From assembly GCA_900617105.1 (NCBI GenBank), contig UYFQ01000001.1:3906001-3970000 (forward strand): a stretch of 64,000 nucleotides of DNA, given 5' to 3'. This stretch comes from Hydrurus foetidus (Eukaryota). Shown here piece by piece: positions 1-9,465 of this stretch. The notes under the pieces are model-generated. The model had not been told where the DNA came from. It searched no databases and worked only from the letters and a program-made list of their open reading frames with translations. Positions within the stretch are counted from its first letter, which is position 1, and every line of letters begins with the position of its first letter. The translations under genes and the position numbers were made by a program.

Positions 1-23
1 AACACATTCCGCAAGCGGCAGGC

Positions 24-1682
24 TTGCTTCTGGTTTTGCTTTGCCCAATCGCATATGCACAACCTCAAAGCTTTGCAGATCCAGTCAAGCTGGCCAACAT
101 CGCCTTGGGCGACGAACAGGGATCTGTCGCGGTGGGTGTTTTAAAAGCGGGAACAGCCCAGTTTGCGTTTTTGACGCGAAACGGAAAAGGCGCAGCCGTT
201 GCTACATCAGCAGATGGCTCGCCCGTTGCAACACCGCCCAAGGTGGTCGAGCAGCAATTGTTTGAAATAGGCTCAATCAGCAAGGTCTTTACGGGTTTTT
301 TGTTGGCGCAAGCTGTGGAAAAGGGGGAGCTGTCATTAGATGATTCACTGGGCAAGTTGTTGGCCGGCACGGTGAGTTTTCAGTCATCTGCTACCGCTGC
401 AATCTCTTTGCGGCAATTGATCACCCACAGCTCTTGCTTGCCACGGCTTGCACCGGGCCTTAACGAGTCCTTGGGTGGCGCCAACCCTTACGCTAACTTC
501 ACGCGCATTGACCTGTGGAATGATTTGAGCAGCATCAAATTAGAGTCATCGCCGCCCTGCGCTGCGGTTTACAGCAATTTGGGGCTGGCCTTAGTCGGTG
601 AATTGCTTTCCCATCGGTACAACAAGTCGTGGGCTGATTTGGTGAGCGAGCGCATCACCCAACCGCTGGGCATGAAAGATACCGTGCAGTCGCTAGGTGA
701 CAAAACCGCCAGATTTGCGCAGGGCCATAACAACCAGGCCAAAGTAGCAGGTTGGGAATTCAAAGCATTCGCTGGTGCGGGCGCGCTGCGCTCAACGGTG
801 AGTGACATGCTCATTTTCAGCCGCGCCATGATGGCAGGCAGCACCGGCCAGCTAGGGCCTGCCAGCCAGAGAATGCTGGAGCCGTTGGGTCAATTTCAAT
901 TTGGGCAAATTGGCTACGCCGTCTTTATTCGGGGGGCTGGCAACAATCGAAGTTACCTGCATGACGGGCAGACGGCAGGCTACCGGTCTCAGTGGATCAT
1001 CTCGCCAGGTACCCAAGAAGCTGTCATTGCGTTGACCAGCAATTCACACGCACCGACTGCAAAAATGCAAAATCTGCTTTTGGCCAGTCTTTACCCAATC
1101 ACAGCCCAGCTAAGCAAAACTCCTGTTGATAACTTGGGCGAATATGCTGGCACTTACCGTTTGGACAAAAGCACCGCTGTAGTTTTCGTTGTCCAAGACG
1201 CCCAAATTTATCGCCGCATCACCGGCGGCGGGTTCCGTATGCTGCTGCCCGCGGGCAAAGATGTTCTTGTAGACGAAGATGCAGGTGTGCAATATGTTTT
1301 CAATCGCAACAATGGCGCGTTAGCAAGCCTGAGCTACACACAAGGCGGAGGTGGCTTTACAGCGCTAAAAACGACTGAACCCGCGCCAGCCGAAGCAGTA
1401 GCCAACCCAGAAAAAGCCAAAGAATTTGTGGGCCGCTATCTGCTGGAACGCAACTTAAGGCGCACTATTGATTTTGATGTCAAATTAGAAAGCGGCCAAC
1501 TTTTGGTTCGCAGCAGTAACTGGCCACGCAGACCAGTCTTCCCCAAGCCCGGGCAAAACGATAGATTTTTCTACGATGTACCGAATGTGGAAATCCAGTT
1601 CGAAAGAAACAGCGAAGGAAAAGTCGTTGCCCTCACTTTGCATGAGGGCGGCGTTTCAAGATTACTGAAAGTACCAGACTAG
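24..1682 (+). CDS. Serine hydrolase, beta-lactamase/PBP-like (AmpC/COG1680) family with C-terminal DUF3471-like domains; exported
   Basis: SxxK (FEIGSISKVFT), LITHSS, YxN (YSNLG), HDG (YLHDGQTAG) motifs; N-terminal signal-like peptide; true start may lie upstream of the window. Confidence 0.85.
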   Translation: MLLVLLCPIAYAQPQSFADPVKLANIALGDEQGSVAVGVLKAGTAQFAFLTRNGKGAAVATSADGSPVATPPKVVEQQLFEIGSISKVFTGFLLAQAVEKGELSLDDSLGKLLAGTVSFQSSATAAISLRQLITHSSCLPRLAPGLNESLGGANPYANFTRIDLWNDLSSIKLESSPPCAAVYSNLGLALVGELLSHRYNKSWADLVSERITQPLGMKDTVQSLGDKTARFAQGHNNQAKVAGWEFKAFAGAGALRSTVSDMLIFSRAMMAGSTGQLGPASQRMLEPLGQFQFGQIGYAVFIRGAGNNRSYLHDGQTAGYRSQWIISPGTQEAVIALTSNSHAPTAKMQNLLLASLYPITAQLSKTPVDNLGEYAGTYRLDKSTAVVFVVQDAQIYRRITGGGFRMLLPAGKDVLVDEDAGVQYVFNRNNGALASLSYTQGGGGFTALKTTEPAPAEAVANPEKAKEFVGRYLLERNLRRTIDFDVKLESGQLLVRSSNWPRRPVFPKPGQNDRFFYDVPNVEIQFERNSEGKVVALTLHEGGVSRLLKVPD

Positions 1683-1696
1683 GCCAACTCACAAAA

Positions 1697-1724
1697 AGAA
1701 AAGGCTCCTTGCGGAGCCTTTCTT
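1697..1724. terminator. Bidirectional intrinsic terminator between the serine hydrolase and tRNA-Ser
   Basis: Stem AAGGCTCC-ttgc-GGAGCCTT (1701-1720) with an A-rich run before and T-rich run after, between convergent genes. Confidence 0.75.
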
Positions 1725-1731
1725 GTCGAAT

Positions 1732-1821
1732 TGGCGGAAGCTGTGAGATTCGAACTCACGGAGGACTCGCATCCTCGGCAGTTTTCAAGACTGCTGCATT
1801 CAACCGCTCTGCCAAGCTTCC
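1732..1821 (-). tRNA. tRNA-Ser(TGA)
   Basis: Reverse complement GGAAGCTTGGCAGAGCGGTTGAATGCAGCAGTCTTGAAAACTGCCGAGGATGCGAGTCCTCCGTGAGTTCGAATCTCACAGCTTCCGCCA: 90 nt, anticodon loop CT-TGA-AA, long variable arm, GTTCGAA T-loop, encoded CCA. Confidence 0.97.
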
Positions 1822-1884
1822 AAGCCTGCTAGTTTAACCTTTGTCGGACCAGCAACTAGGGCGAGCCCTCCAAAATAGCTGGGT

Positions 1885-2541
1885 TCATGCGGTTTGCAGC
1901 ATGCCTTTGGCTTCGATAAAGGCCACCACCTCAGCCAAACCGGCGTTGGTTTTCAAATTGGTCATCACAAACGGCTTAATCCCTTTGGCTGTGGTTCGCA
2001 TGCGAATGGTGTCTTGTTCCATCACGTTCAAATCTGCCCCTACATAAGGCGCGAGATCGGTTTTATTGATCACAAACAAGTCGCTTTTGGTGATGCCTGG
2101 GCCGCCTTTGCGGGGGATTTTTTCACCCGCTGCCACGTCAATCACGTAGATCGTCAAGTCGCTCAACTCGGGGCTGAAGGTGGCGGCCAGGTTGTCGCCG
2201 CCGGATTCGACAAACACCACATCGGCATTGGGGAAATCGACCAACATGCGGTCGATCGCTTCGAGATTGATGGATGCATCTTCACGTATGGCGGTGTGCG
2301 GGCAGCCGCCTGTTTCCACGCCCATGATTCGGTCTGCATCCAACGCGCCGCTGACGGTGAGGATGCGCTGGTCTTCTTTGGTGTAAATGTCGTTGGTGAT
2401 CGCCACCAGGTCGTACTTGGACTTCATAGCCTTGCAGAGCATTTCGAGCAACGTGGTTTTGCCGGAACCTACCGGCCCGCCAATACCAACACGCAGCGGC
2501 GGAAGGTTTTTGGTGCGATTGGGAATGTGGTGAAGGGTCAT
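1885..2541 (-). CDS. ureG: Urease accessory GTPase UreG
   Basis: [10 protein letters not shown]-loop, ETGGCPH, ESGGDNL, NKTD motifs. Confidence 0.98.
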   Translation of the reverse strand: MTLHHIPNRTKNLPPLRVGIGGPVGSGKTTLLEMLCKAMKSKYDLVAITNDIYTKEDQRILTVSGALDADRIMGVETGGCPHTAIREDASINLEAIDRMLVDFPNADVVFVESGGDNLAATFSPELSDLTIYVIDVAAGEKIPRKGGPGITKSDLFVINKTDLAPYVGADLNVMEQDTIRMRTTAKGIKPFVMTNLKTNAGLAEVVAFIEAKGMLQTA

Positions 2542-3269
2542 GATCTGAACAGTCGTGAATATTGGGTTTCGTGCTGCGATGAAAGTATCGCCAGCATGGG
2601 TGAAAACGCTTGGCGTTCGTCGTCTGGCAAATGGATAGCCGTTTGTACTGCATTAGGTATGTGCTGGCTCAGGCTGGCGAGTATGCGCTGCCCAGCCGTT
2701 TGGCCCAGCGGCACCGATTTAATCGCCGCTTGCACCATGTTTTCAGCCCAGCCAAAAGCAAAGGCCAGCAGGCAGTCGCGTACCGGCGCATCTAGCTGCG
2801 ACGCTGCCAGACCAAAAGCTATTGGGTAAGTGGGCGGCAGTTGTTCGCAGTGGGCAAGCTGTGCAGTATTGACGCCATCATGGTTGCGCAGCCAATTGCA
2901 CAGCGAACGACCCATTTGCTCGGTTTGGGCACGCAGCTCGCTGGTTTCGCGTGTTTGCAGCAGCCAGTCGTTTAAATCGGTAATGCGGCTGAAGTCTGCG
3001 ACCCGCCACGCAGGAATCGCCTGCGCAGTCACGGCCATGTCACCGCGCGCCAGCGTAAGTTGCAATTGATCAATCAGCCACTGAATGATCCAGTTGTTGT
3101 CGGTATTAATTGCTATGTTTTCAGGAGCTGCTTGCGCCCGTAAAATAGCGGATTCAAGCCCTTCTGAGTATGAAAAACCGCCCACAGGCAGTGCCGGGGA
3201 GGCCAGCCAGACCAATTGCAAAAAACTTGCGGCTGGTAACACCGGCGCGATGACTGCCTGTTCGTTCAA
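2538..3269 (-). CDS. ureF: Urease accessory protein UreF
   Basis: [16 protein letters not shown] at N-terminus, [11 protein letters not shown] at C-terminus; 4-bp overlaps with ureE and ureG. Confidence 0.95.
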   Translation of the reverse strand: MNEQAVIAPVLPAASFLQLVWLASPALPVGGFSYSEGLESAILRAQAAPENIAINTDNNWIIQWLIDQLQLTLARGDMAVTAQAIPAWRVADFSRITDLNDWLLQTRETSELRAQTEQMGRSLCNWLRNHDGVNTAQLAHCEQLPPTYPIAFGLAASQLDAPVRDCLLAFAFGWAENMVQAAIKSVPLGQTAGQRILASLSQHIPNAVQTAIHLPDDERQAFSPMLAILSSQHETQYSRLFRS

Positions 3270-3880
3270 TGGCTGTGCGGCTTGTGTGAGTGAATCTGAA
3301 TCGCGACCGGTTTGGACTCATCTGCGTGCGCGTGACCATGGTTGCAATCTGGCCCGTGCACATGCGGCTTGGCAGCAGCGGGTGAAGCAGGTGCAGTTTT
3401 TTGCGCTTCAGCGTGGCTGTGCCCAGCCGAGCTGTATGCGCCGCCTTCAGGCTCAAACGCTTCGCTGACTTCGTTCACTGTCAAATGCATGGCCCGCAGT
3501 AGGTCAGCCAGCACATGGTCAGGCTCAATTTTCAGGTGGTCAGGTTTGAGTTCAATCGGCACATGCCGATTACCAAGGTGGTACGCAGCGCGAGTCAAAT
3601 CAAAAGGTGAGCCATGCGCTGTGCATGCAGTAATGCGCAGCACAGTTTGCGGTGCGGCAATGACTTTGACCATGCTGCCGTCCTCAGCCAACAGCACATC
3701 ACCACCCCGAACCAGCGTGCCACGTGGCAAAAATACGCCCAGTTGGCGGCCCAATGAATCAATGCCATCGAAGCGACTTTTTTGCCGCGTGTCCCAGTCC
3801 AGCTCGATTGTGGACGCGCTCTTGACGAGTACGGGTGCCAAGCCCGCACCTTGAGAAATAAGTTTGGAAACCTGCAGCAT
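3266..3880 (-). CDS. ureE: Urease accessory nickel chaperone UreE with His-rich tail
   Basis: AYHLGNRH and FEPEGGAY motifs; His-rich C-terminus. Confidence 0.96.
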   Translation of the reverse strand: MLQVSKLISQGAGLAPVLVKSASTIELDWDTRQKSRFDGIDSLGRQLGVFLPRGTLVRGGDVLLAEDGSMVKVIAAPQTVLRITACTAHGSPFDLTRAAYHLGNRHVPIELKPDHLKIEPDHVLADLLRAMHLTVNEVSEAFEPEGGAYSSAGHSHAEAQKTAPASPAAAKPHVHGPDCNHGHAHADESKPVAIQIHSHKPHSH

Positions 3881-3897
3881 TCAATCTTTCAAAAAAG

Positions 3898-5661
3898 TTA
3901 AAACAAGAAATACCGCTGCGCCATCGGCAGGCTGGTTGCAGGCTCACACGTCAGCAATTGCCCATCAGCGCGCACCGCATAGGTTTGCGCATCAATCTCC
4001 ATTTTGGGCAAATAGGCGTTGTGAACCATATGCTGCTTGCGCACGCCGCGAATGTTTTTTACAGCGCTTAAACCCTTGGCCAAGCCGAACTTGTCTTTGA
4101 TGCCTGCAGACAAGCCGGCTTGCGAGACAAAGGTGAGTGAGCCTTTGGCAATCGCGCCGCCAAACGCGCCAAACATGGGGCGGTAATGCACGGGCTGCGG
4201 CGTGGGAATGGACGCATTCGGGTCGCCCATTGCCGCCATGGCGATGAAGCCGCCTTTTAAAATAATTGATGGTTTGATGCCGAAAAACGCGGGTTTGAAC
4301 ACCACCAGATCGGCCCATTTGCCGACTTCAATCGAGCCGACTTCATGCGAAATGCCGTGGGCGATTGCGGGGTTGATGGTGTATTTGCTGATGTAGCGCT
4401 TGACGCGGAAGTTGTCGTGCCGAGTACTGTTCGCTATCAACGAGCCCCCACCCCCGCCCTCCCCCGGAAGGAGGGGGGGCAAGAGATGACCCCGCTGCAG
4501 CTTCATCTTGTGCGCCGCCTGCCAGGTGCGAACGATCACTTCACCCACACGGCCCATGGCCTGGCTGTCGCTGCTCATCATGCTGATGGCGCCCAAATCG
4601 TGCAGCACGTCTTCAGCCGCAATGGTCTCCTTGCGGATGCGGCTTTCGGCAAAGGCCAGGTCTTCAGCAATCGACGCGTCCAGATGGTGGCACACCATCA
4701 GCATGTCAACGTGCTCGTCGAGCGTATTGACGGTGTACGGCATGGTCGGGTTGGTCGAACTCGGTAAAAAGTTGGCCTCACCGACCACTTTTAAAATATC
4801 CGGTGCATGGCCGCCGCCCGCGCCTTCGGTATGAAAGGCGCACAGGCCTCTAGACTTGGTTGCAGCAATCGTGTTTTCAACAAAGCCAGACTCGTTCAGC
4901 GTGTCCGAATGAATCGCCACTTGTGTGTCGGTAGCGTCGGCAACGTCAAGACAATTGCTTATTGCTGCGGGCGTGGTGCCCCAGTCTTCGTGCAGCTTCA
5001 GGCCAATTACGCCAGCGTTGATCTGCTCGTGCAGCGCAGCGGGCAGGCTTGCGTTGCCTTTGCCTAAAAAGCCCAGGTTCATCGCAAAGCCGTCGGCTGC
5101 TTGCAGCATGCGTTCTATGTTCCATGGGCCGGGCGTGCAGGTGGTGGCAAAAGTACCAGTCGCTGGCCCGGTACCACCACCCATCATGGTGGTAATACCG
5201 CTGCTAAGGGCCTCATCAATTTGCTGCGGGCAAATAAAGTGAATGTGTGAGTCAATGCCGCCAGCCGTGACGATCATGCCTTCGCAACTGATGACTTCAG
5301 TGCCAGGGCCAATGATGATGTCAACGCCCGGTTGCACATCAGGGTTACCGGCTTTTCCAATCGCCGCGATGCGCCCACCTTTCAGGCCAATGTCTGCCTT
5401 GACGATGCCCCAGTGGTCAATGATGAGGGCGTTGGTCAAGACCGTATCGACTGCACCCTCAGCATTAGTGCGCTGCGATTGCGCCATGCCGTCGCGTATG
5501 GTTTTACCGCCGCCAAATTTAACTTCTTCGCCGTAGCTACCGGCTCTGAGTGTGTAGTCGGCTTCGACTTCAACCGTCAGGTCTGTGTCTGCCAAGCGCA
5601 GTCGGTCGCCGACGGTGGGGCCAAACATTTCGGCGTAGGCGCGTCTGCCGATGGTTGCCAT
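3898..5661 (-). CDS. ureC: Urease alpha subunit
   Basis: [74 protein letters not shown]; start set at ATG 5661 (MATIGRR). Confidence 0.98.
   Translation of the reverse strand: MATIGRRAYAEMFGPTVGDRLRLADTDLTVEVEADYTLRAGSYGEEVKFGGGKTIRDGMAQSQRTNAEGAVDTVLTNALIIDHWGIVKADIGLKGGRIAAIGKAGNPDVQPGVDIIIGPGTEVISCEGMIVTAGGIDSHIHFICPQQIDEALSSGITTMMGGGTGPATGTFATTCTPGPWNIERMLQAADGFAMNLGFLGKGNASLPAALHEQINAGVIGLKLHEDWGTTPAAISNCLDVADATDTQVAIHSDTLNESGFVENTIAATKSRGLCAFHTEGAGGGHAPDILKVVGEANFLPSSTNPTMPYTVNTLDEHVDMLMVCHHLDASIAEDLAFAESRIRKETIAAEDVLHDLGAISMMSSDSQAMGRVGEVIVRTWQAAHKMKLQRGHLLPPLLPGEGGGGGSLIANSTRHDNFRVKRYISKYTINPAIAHGISHEVGSIEVGKWADLVVFKPAFFGIKPSIILKGGFIAMAAMGDPNASIPTPQPVHYRPMFGAFGGAIAKGSLTFVSQAGLSAGIKDKFGLAKGLSAVKNIRGVRKQHMVHNAYLPKMEIDAQTYAVRADGQLLTCEPATSLPMAQRYFLF
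4444..4480 (-). repeat. REP-like palindromic element inside ureC (in frame)
   Basis: Minus strand GCCCCCCCTCCTTCCGGGGGAGGGCGGGGGTGGGGGC resembles CTCCCTCTCCCTCCGGGAGAGGGCTGGGGTGAGGGC at ~12856-12891; encodes [13 protein letters not shown]. Confidence 0.7.
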
Positions 5662-5689
5662 TATTGGACTCCCGTAGGGCCGTGCCAAG

Positions 5690-5746
5690 GGAGGCCAGCG
5701 CCCCCTCGGGGGGCGGTGAATACACGAAGTGATGAACGTGGGGGCA
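5690..5746. repeat. Intergenic REP-like palindromic element between ureB and ureC
   Basis: GCCCCC-tcg-GGGGGC hairpin followed by GGTGAATACACGAAGTGATGAACGTGGGGGC; one copy in the window, family assignment from recall only. Confidence 0.5.
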
Positions 5747-5747
5747 T

Positions 5748-6053
5748 TTAAATCGCTCCTTGGATAAGGCCACGAAAGCCATAAATCTTGCGATCACCCG
5801 CAAAATCCACCAGCTCCACGGTGCGCTGTTGGCCAGGTTCAAACCGCACCGCTGTACCAGACGCAATGTTCAGCCGCATGCCGCGCGCTGCATCGCGCTC
5901 AAAGCCCAGCGCCGCGTTGGTCTCGGCAAAGTGGTAGTGCGAGCCGACCTGTATTGGCCTGTCGGACGTGTTTTGCACCACTACTATCGCAGTGCGCCGA
6001 CCGACATTTAAAACGTGGTCTGGGCCTTCGGTTATGAGTTCACCTGGTGTCAT
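5748..6053 (-). CDS. ureB: Urease beta subunit
   Basis: [39 protein letters not shown] 6053 preceded by AAGGAG. Confidence 0.97.
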   Translation of the reverse strand: MTPGELITEGPDHVLNVGRRTAIVVVQNTSDRPIQVGSHYHFAETNAALGFERDAARGMRLNIASGTAVRFEPGQQRTVELVDFAGDRKIYGFRGLIQGAI

Positions 6054-6062
6054 GGCCACTCC

Positions 6063-6239
6063 TTATTTGCGTGAAAGCCAGATTACCGCAGCGGCCAAGC
6101 CTGCCACCGCCACAAAGCCCAGCGTATCAGTGGTGTGCCAGTGCGACCCTGAAAACCCTTGTATATTGTGTGCAAAAGAGCCGTTCGCCCAATAAAATAG
6201 GGCACAAGCAGCTATAAATTGAGTAGGAATTTTGTTCAT
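6063..6239 (-). CDS. 58-aa small membrane protein between ureA and ureB (ureJ position)
   Basis: Hand translation MNKIPTQFIAACALFYWANGSFAHNIQGFSGSHWHTTDTLGFVAVAGLAAAVIWLSRK*; GGAG RBS; exactly fills the operon gap; below the ORF-track cutoff. Confidence 0.75.
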   Translation of the reverse strand: MNKIPTQFIAACALFYWANGSFAHNIQGFSGSHWHTTDTLGFVAVAGLAAAVIWLSRK

Positions 6240-6250
6240 CAACAGGCTCC

Positions 6251-6553
6251 TTAAACAATCGGTTGATGCACAGTGACCAGCTTGGTACCGTCCGGGAAAG
6301 TCGCTTCGACCTGAATATCAGGAATCATCTCGGCGATGCCGTCCATGACGTCAGCCCGGGTTAAGACGGTGCGGCCAAAACTCATCAATTCGGCTACGTT
6401 TTTACCGTCACGCGCGCCTTCCATCACCGCTGCACTTATAAGCGCCATCGCTTCAGGGTAGTTGAGCTTCAGGCCGCGCGCTTTGCGGCGTTCCGCCAGC
6501 AGGCTCGCAGTAAAAATCAACAGCTTGTCTTTTTCTCGCGGGGTGAGTTCCAT
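6251..6553 (-). CDS. ureA: Urease gamma subunit
   Basis: [38 protein letters not shown]; 100 aa from ATG 6553. Confidence 0.98.
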   Translation of the reverse strand: MELTPREKDKLLIFTASLLAERRKARGLKLNYPEAMALISAAVMEGARDGKNVAELMSFGRTVLTRADVMDGIAEMIPDIQVEATFPDGTKLVTVHQPIV

Positions 6554-6610
6554 TTCCGTCTTTCGGGGGCTTTTGTTTGTACTTAACGAAGGCGTTATGG
6601 TGAATTTAGC

Positions 6611-6627
6611 ACGCAAAATCAGTGCCA
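6611..6627 (-). promoter_or_regulatory. Sigma54 (-24/-12) promoter for the ureA operon
   Basis: Minus strand TGGCACTGATTTTGCGT matches TGGCAC-N5-TTGC, about 60 bp upstream of ureA. Confidence 0.8.
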
Positions 6628-6996
6628 TTGGTGGCGGCTAGCCTTATGGGCAACTGTGAGCGCCTTGCGCGCGACTTTCAACAAGAGCAGGTACAATGGG
6701 GCTTCACTTGCGCAAAGTGTTTTAAATCATCGTTTGCTGCTTTTTTGGCCCACACAGCCTCAAAGCCTACAAACAAGCACCACTTTTTCTGGTTTGCATG
6801 GCTCCTACGCCCTGCACATACTTGTGGTTCACCCAGCGAGGTTTTGCCTCTTGCTGTTGAATTGAAACCCAACACCGTTGATGAATCGTGCGACTCGGGC
6901 TACGCGAGACGCTTATTTTTAGCATTCTTGATGAATGCAACCGCCTTGACGCCAGAACCTTAACAATCTGGCCAAGGCCCTTTTAGGTTTAGTTTT

Positions 6997-7236
6997 ATGA
7001 CAGTTTTTAATAACAATATTGCCGTTGGCAAGTACTTGGTTTCGCCTTTGGCCAAGCCTCAAGCAGACGGGTTTTACACCGCCTCAGTGTCCATTCGCTC
7101 CGGCAAGGGCAGCGCTACCCATGACCGCGTGATGCGCCTTACTGGCCTGTTTGGAAGCGCCGCGCTAGCCGTGCAACACGCCACTGAGCACGCTCTGGGC
7201 TGGATCAAAGAGCGCGGCGTGTCAGCCTGCACTTGA
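6997..7236 (+). CDS. Small hypothetical protein upstream of the infA paralog
   Basis: 79-aa ORF with protein-like composition (GKYLVSPL...ASVSIRSG.GS.THDRV.R), co-oriented with infA. Confidence 0.7.
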   Translation: MTVFNNNIAVGKYLVSPLAKPQADGFYTASVSIRSGKGSATHDRVMRLTGLFGSAALAVQHATEHALGWIKERGVSACT

Positions 7237-7292
7237 TTTACGGTTATCTCACGGCCTGATTTGAGGCCCTTTTTCGAGGACAATAGCTGAAT

Positions 7293-7574
7293 ATGGCTAA
7301 AGAAGAACTTATTGAAATGCACGGGCTGGTAGACGAGGTACTGCCCGATTCCCGTTTTCGCGTAACGCTGGACAACGGCCACAAACTGGTTGCTTACACG
7401 TCGGGAAAAATGCGCAAAAATCACATCCGGATTTTGGCGGGTGACCAAGTGTCGCTTGAACTATCTCCGTACGACCTCAGTAAGGGGCGCATCACATTCC
7501 GGCACATTGCCGGTCGGGGACCAGGCCCGGGTGCTGGCCCCGGCGCAGGTGCACCTCAGCGCGGTGCGCGATAA
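7293..7574 (+). CDS. infA: Translation initiation factor IF-1 (second copy type) with Gly/Pro tail
   Basis: [11 protein letters not shown]...[40 protein letters not shown]; not in the secY/rpmJ context. Confidence 0.95.
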   Translation: MAKEELIEMHGLVDEVLPDSRFRVTLDNGHKLVAYTSGKMRKNHIRILAGDQVSLELSPYDLSKGRITFRHIAGRGPGPGAGPGAGAPQRGAR

Positions 7575-7591
7575 CCTTTTCTCTTTTTATC

Positions 7592-7617
7592 AGGCCCTGT
7601 TCAGGGCCTTTTTCTTT
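7592..7617 (+). terminator. Intrinsic terminator after infA
   Basis: AGGCCCT-gttc-AGGGCCT followed by TTTTCTTT. Confidence 0.8.
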
Positions 7618-7749
7618 GGGGCTGATTGCTTTACAAGATTTTTACCCCGGCCCGCTTCATCAAAACGCTGTCGGTTGTAAGCTGGCACTGATTAATTTCC
7701 AGCTGCTCTGCTAAAACAGTTAAACAAGATTCGCTGACAAGGACCCTCG

Positions 7750-9465
7750 ATGAACGAGCACGACTCTGATCGGCCCAGCCCGGCCGCCAACCTCGCCCGA
7801 CCGCCGATGAGCCGCCGCGCCAAAATAATTGGCGCAGTGATTGCGGTGCTGCTTTTGGCCGGTTTGAGCGGGCTAACCTGGTTTTTGACCAGCCGGCCAT
7901 TGAGTGCCCCAGCGGTATTGGGTGGCGGAGCCGCTGCCCCGGCGGGCGTGGGCTGGCCTGGTGGGCCGGGCGGCGGAGGTGGCGGCCGGGGGGCATCAAC
8001 GGTTGGGGTCGCCGCGGCAGAAAAAACTAGCCTGCCCGTGACGGTTGATGCGCTAGGCACTGTCACGCCCATCAGTGTTGTTAAAGTGCGCCCGCAGGTA
8101 GCAGGGGTTTTAGAAAAACTGCTGTTCACTGAAGGCCAAATGGTGCGCAAAGGCGACTTGATGGCATTGATTGATGCTCGCCCCTACGAGCTGGCGCTGC
8201 AGCAGGCGCGTGGCCAAAGTCAGCGCGATACAGCGCAGCTTGAAAGCGCCAAGGTAACGCTGCAACGCTTTCAAACATTGCTGGGGCAAGACTCTATCGC
8301 CAGGCAAGAAGTGGATTCGCAGGCCGCTTTGGTCAAGCAGCTCGAAGGCTCCGCCATGGTCAATCAGGCAGCGGTTGGCACTGCGCAGTTAAATTTAACT
8401 TACGCACGTGTCACCGCGCCCATTAGTGGGCGGGTGGGTTTGCGAACTGTAGATGTAGGTAATGCGGTTAGCCCAAGTGATGTCAATGGCTTGGCGGTTA
8501 TTACTCAGGTTGCGCCAATTGATGTGGTGTTTTCTTTGCCTCAAGACCGCATCGGCGATGTTTTGAAAACAAACGGAGCCGCCAAGCAGGTGACCGCTTT
8601 TGACCGAACCCGGTCGGGGGTACTGGGCACGGGCACGTTTGCTTCGCTAGACAACCAGGTCGACACCAGCACCGGCACCGTTAAAGCCAAAGCCCGATTC
8701 GACAACGCAGATGCGGCGCTGTTTGCCAACCAGTTTGTGAACGTGCAATTGCAGATCAAGTCCATCGACAACGCTGTGGTGGTGCCCGTGGCGGCGTTGC
8801 GGTTGGGTGGCACAGGGGACTACGTTTATGTACTGAATGCAACCGAACGCACTGTCGCGCTTCGACCGGTCACGCGCGGGCAGGTTAGCGGTGAAAAAAT
8901 CGTGATTGCGTCCGGGCTCAAGGCGGGGGAGCAGGTCATTACCGAGGGTGCTGACCGCCTCAAAGATGGCTCGCGTGTGAGCCTGGCAGGCGACGCACCT
9001 CGCGGCGGCGGCCGCCGGCCAGGTGCCAGCGCGCCAGCTGCCGCCGCTAGCGGTGCCAACGCCGCTGGTGCAACGCCTTTGCCGCCAGCGGCGTTTGCTG
9101 ACAAACCGGCACCTGAGAAATCATTTGCGAGCAACCCAGCGTCAGCGTTAGCGCGCGGACCCTCGGCGAGTGCTGCAGGTGCTGCTAGCGCTGCGCCTGC
9201 CAACGCAACGCCTGCTGACGCTGCACTGCCTGCAGCCCCAACACCCGCTGCAAAACCAGCTGCATTGCCCACCGCCGAGCAGCGCCAGCGCATGCTCGAG
9301 CAGGTCAAAGATGACCCTGTCGCGTTAGAGCGGCGCAAGCGGTTTTTTGAAATGCTGGACAACGGCGGGCCCGAGGCGCTTGACCGCTGGAAGGCCATGG
9401 TGCTGCGCAGGCAACAAGGCGGTGGTCAGGGCGGCGGCCAAGGCGGTGAACGTCCGCCGCAATGA
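7750..9465 (+). CDS. mdtA: RND efflux membrane fusion protein, MdtA-like, with long C-terminal extension
   Basis: N-terminal [51 protein letters not shown]; operon with two RND genes and an OMF. Confidence 0.9.
   Translation: MNEHDSDRPSPAANLARPPMSRRAKIIGAVIAVLLLAGLSGLTWFLTSRPLSAPAVLGGGAAAPAGVGWPGGPGGGGGGRGASTVGVAAAEKTSLPVTVDALGTVTPISVVKVRPQVAGVLEKLLFTEGQMVRKGDLMALIDARPYELALQQARGQSQRDTAQLESAKVTLQRFQTLLGQDSIARQEVDSQAALVKQLEGSAMVNQAAVGTAQLNLTYARVTAPISGRVGLRTVDVGNAVSPSDVNGLAVITQVAPIDVVFSLPQDRIGDVLKTNGAAKQVTAFDRTRSGVLGTGTFASLDNQVDTSTGTVKAKARFDNADAALFANQFVNVQLQIKSIDNAVVVPVAALRLGGTGDYVYVLNATERTVALRPVTRGQVSGEKIVIASGLKAGEQVITEGADRLKDGSRVSLAGDAPRGGGRRPGASAPAAAASGANAAGATPLPPAAFADKPAPEKSFASNPASALARGPSASAAGAASAAPANATPADAALPAAPTPAAKPAALPTAEQRQRMLEQVKDDPVALERRKRFFEMLDNGGPEALDRWKAMVLRRQQGGGQGGGQGGERPPQ

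Noticed and set aside
24..1821. Genomic island integrated at tRNA-Ser, or a beta-lactam resistance gene
   Set aside because: No integrase or duplicated tRNA 3' end in the window; the hydrolase is a generic family member with extra domains. The region left of the window cannot be seen
1894..2829. Long antisense ORFs (also 14214..15179, 11177..11971, 50977..51678 and others)
   Set aside because: Shadow frames opposite well-supported genes, expected from GC-rich codon bias
7683..7699. Sigma54 promoter for mdtA (TGGCACTGATT)
   Set aside because: Lacks the -12 TTGC element
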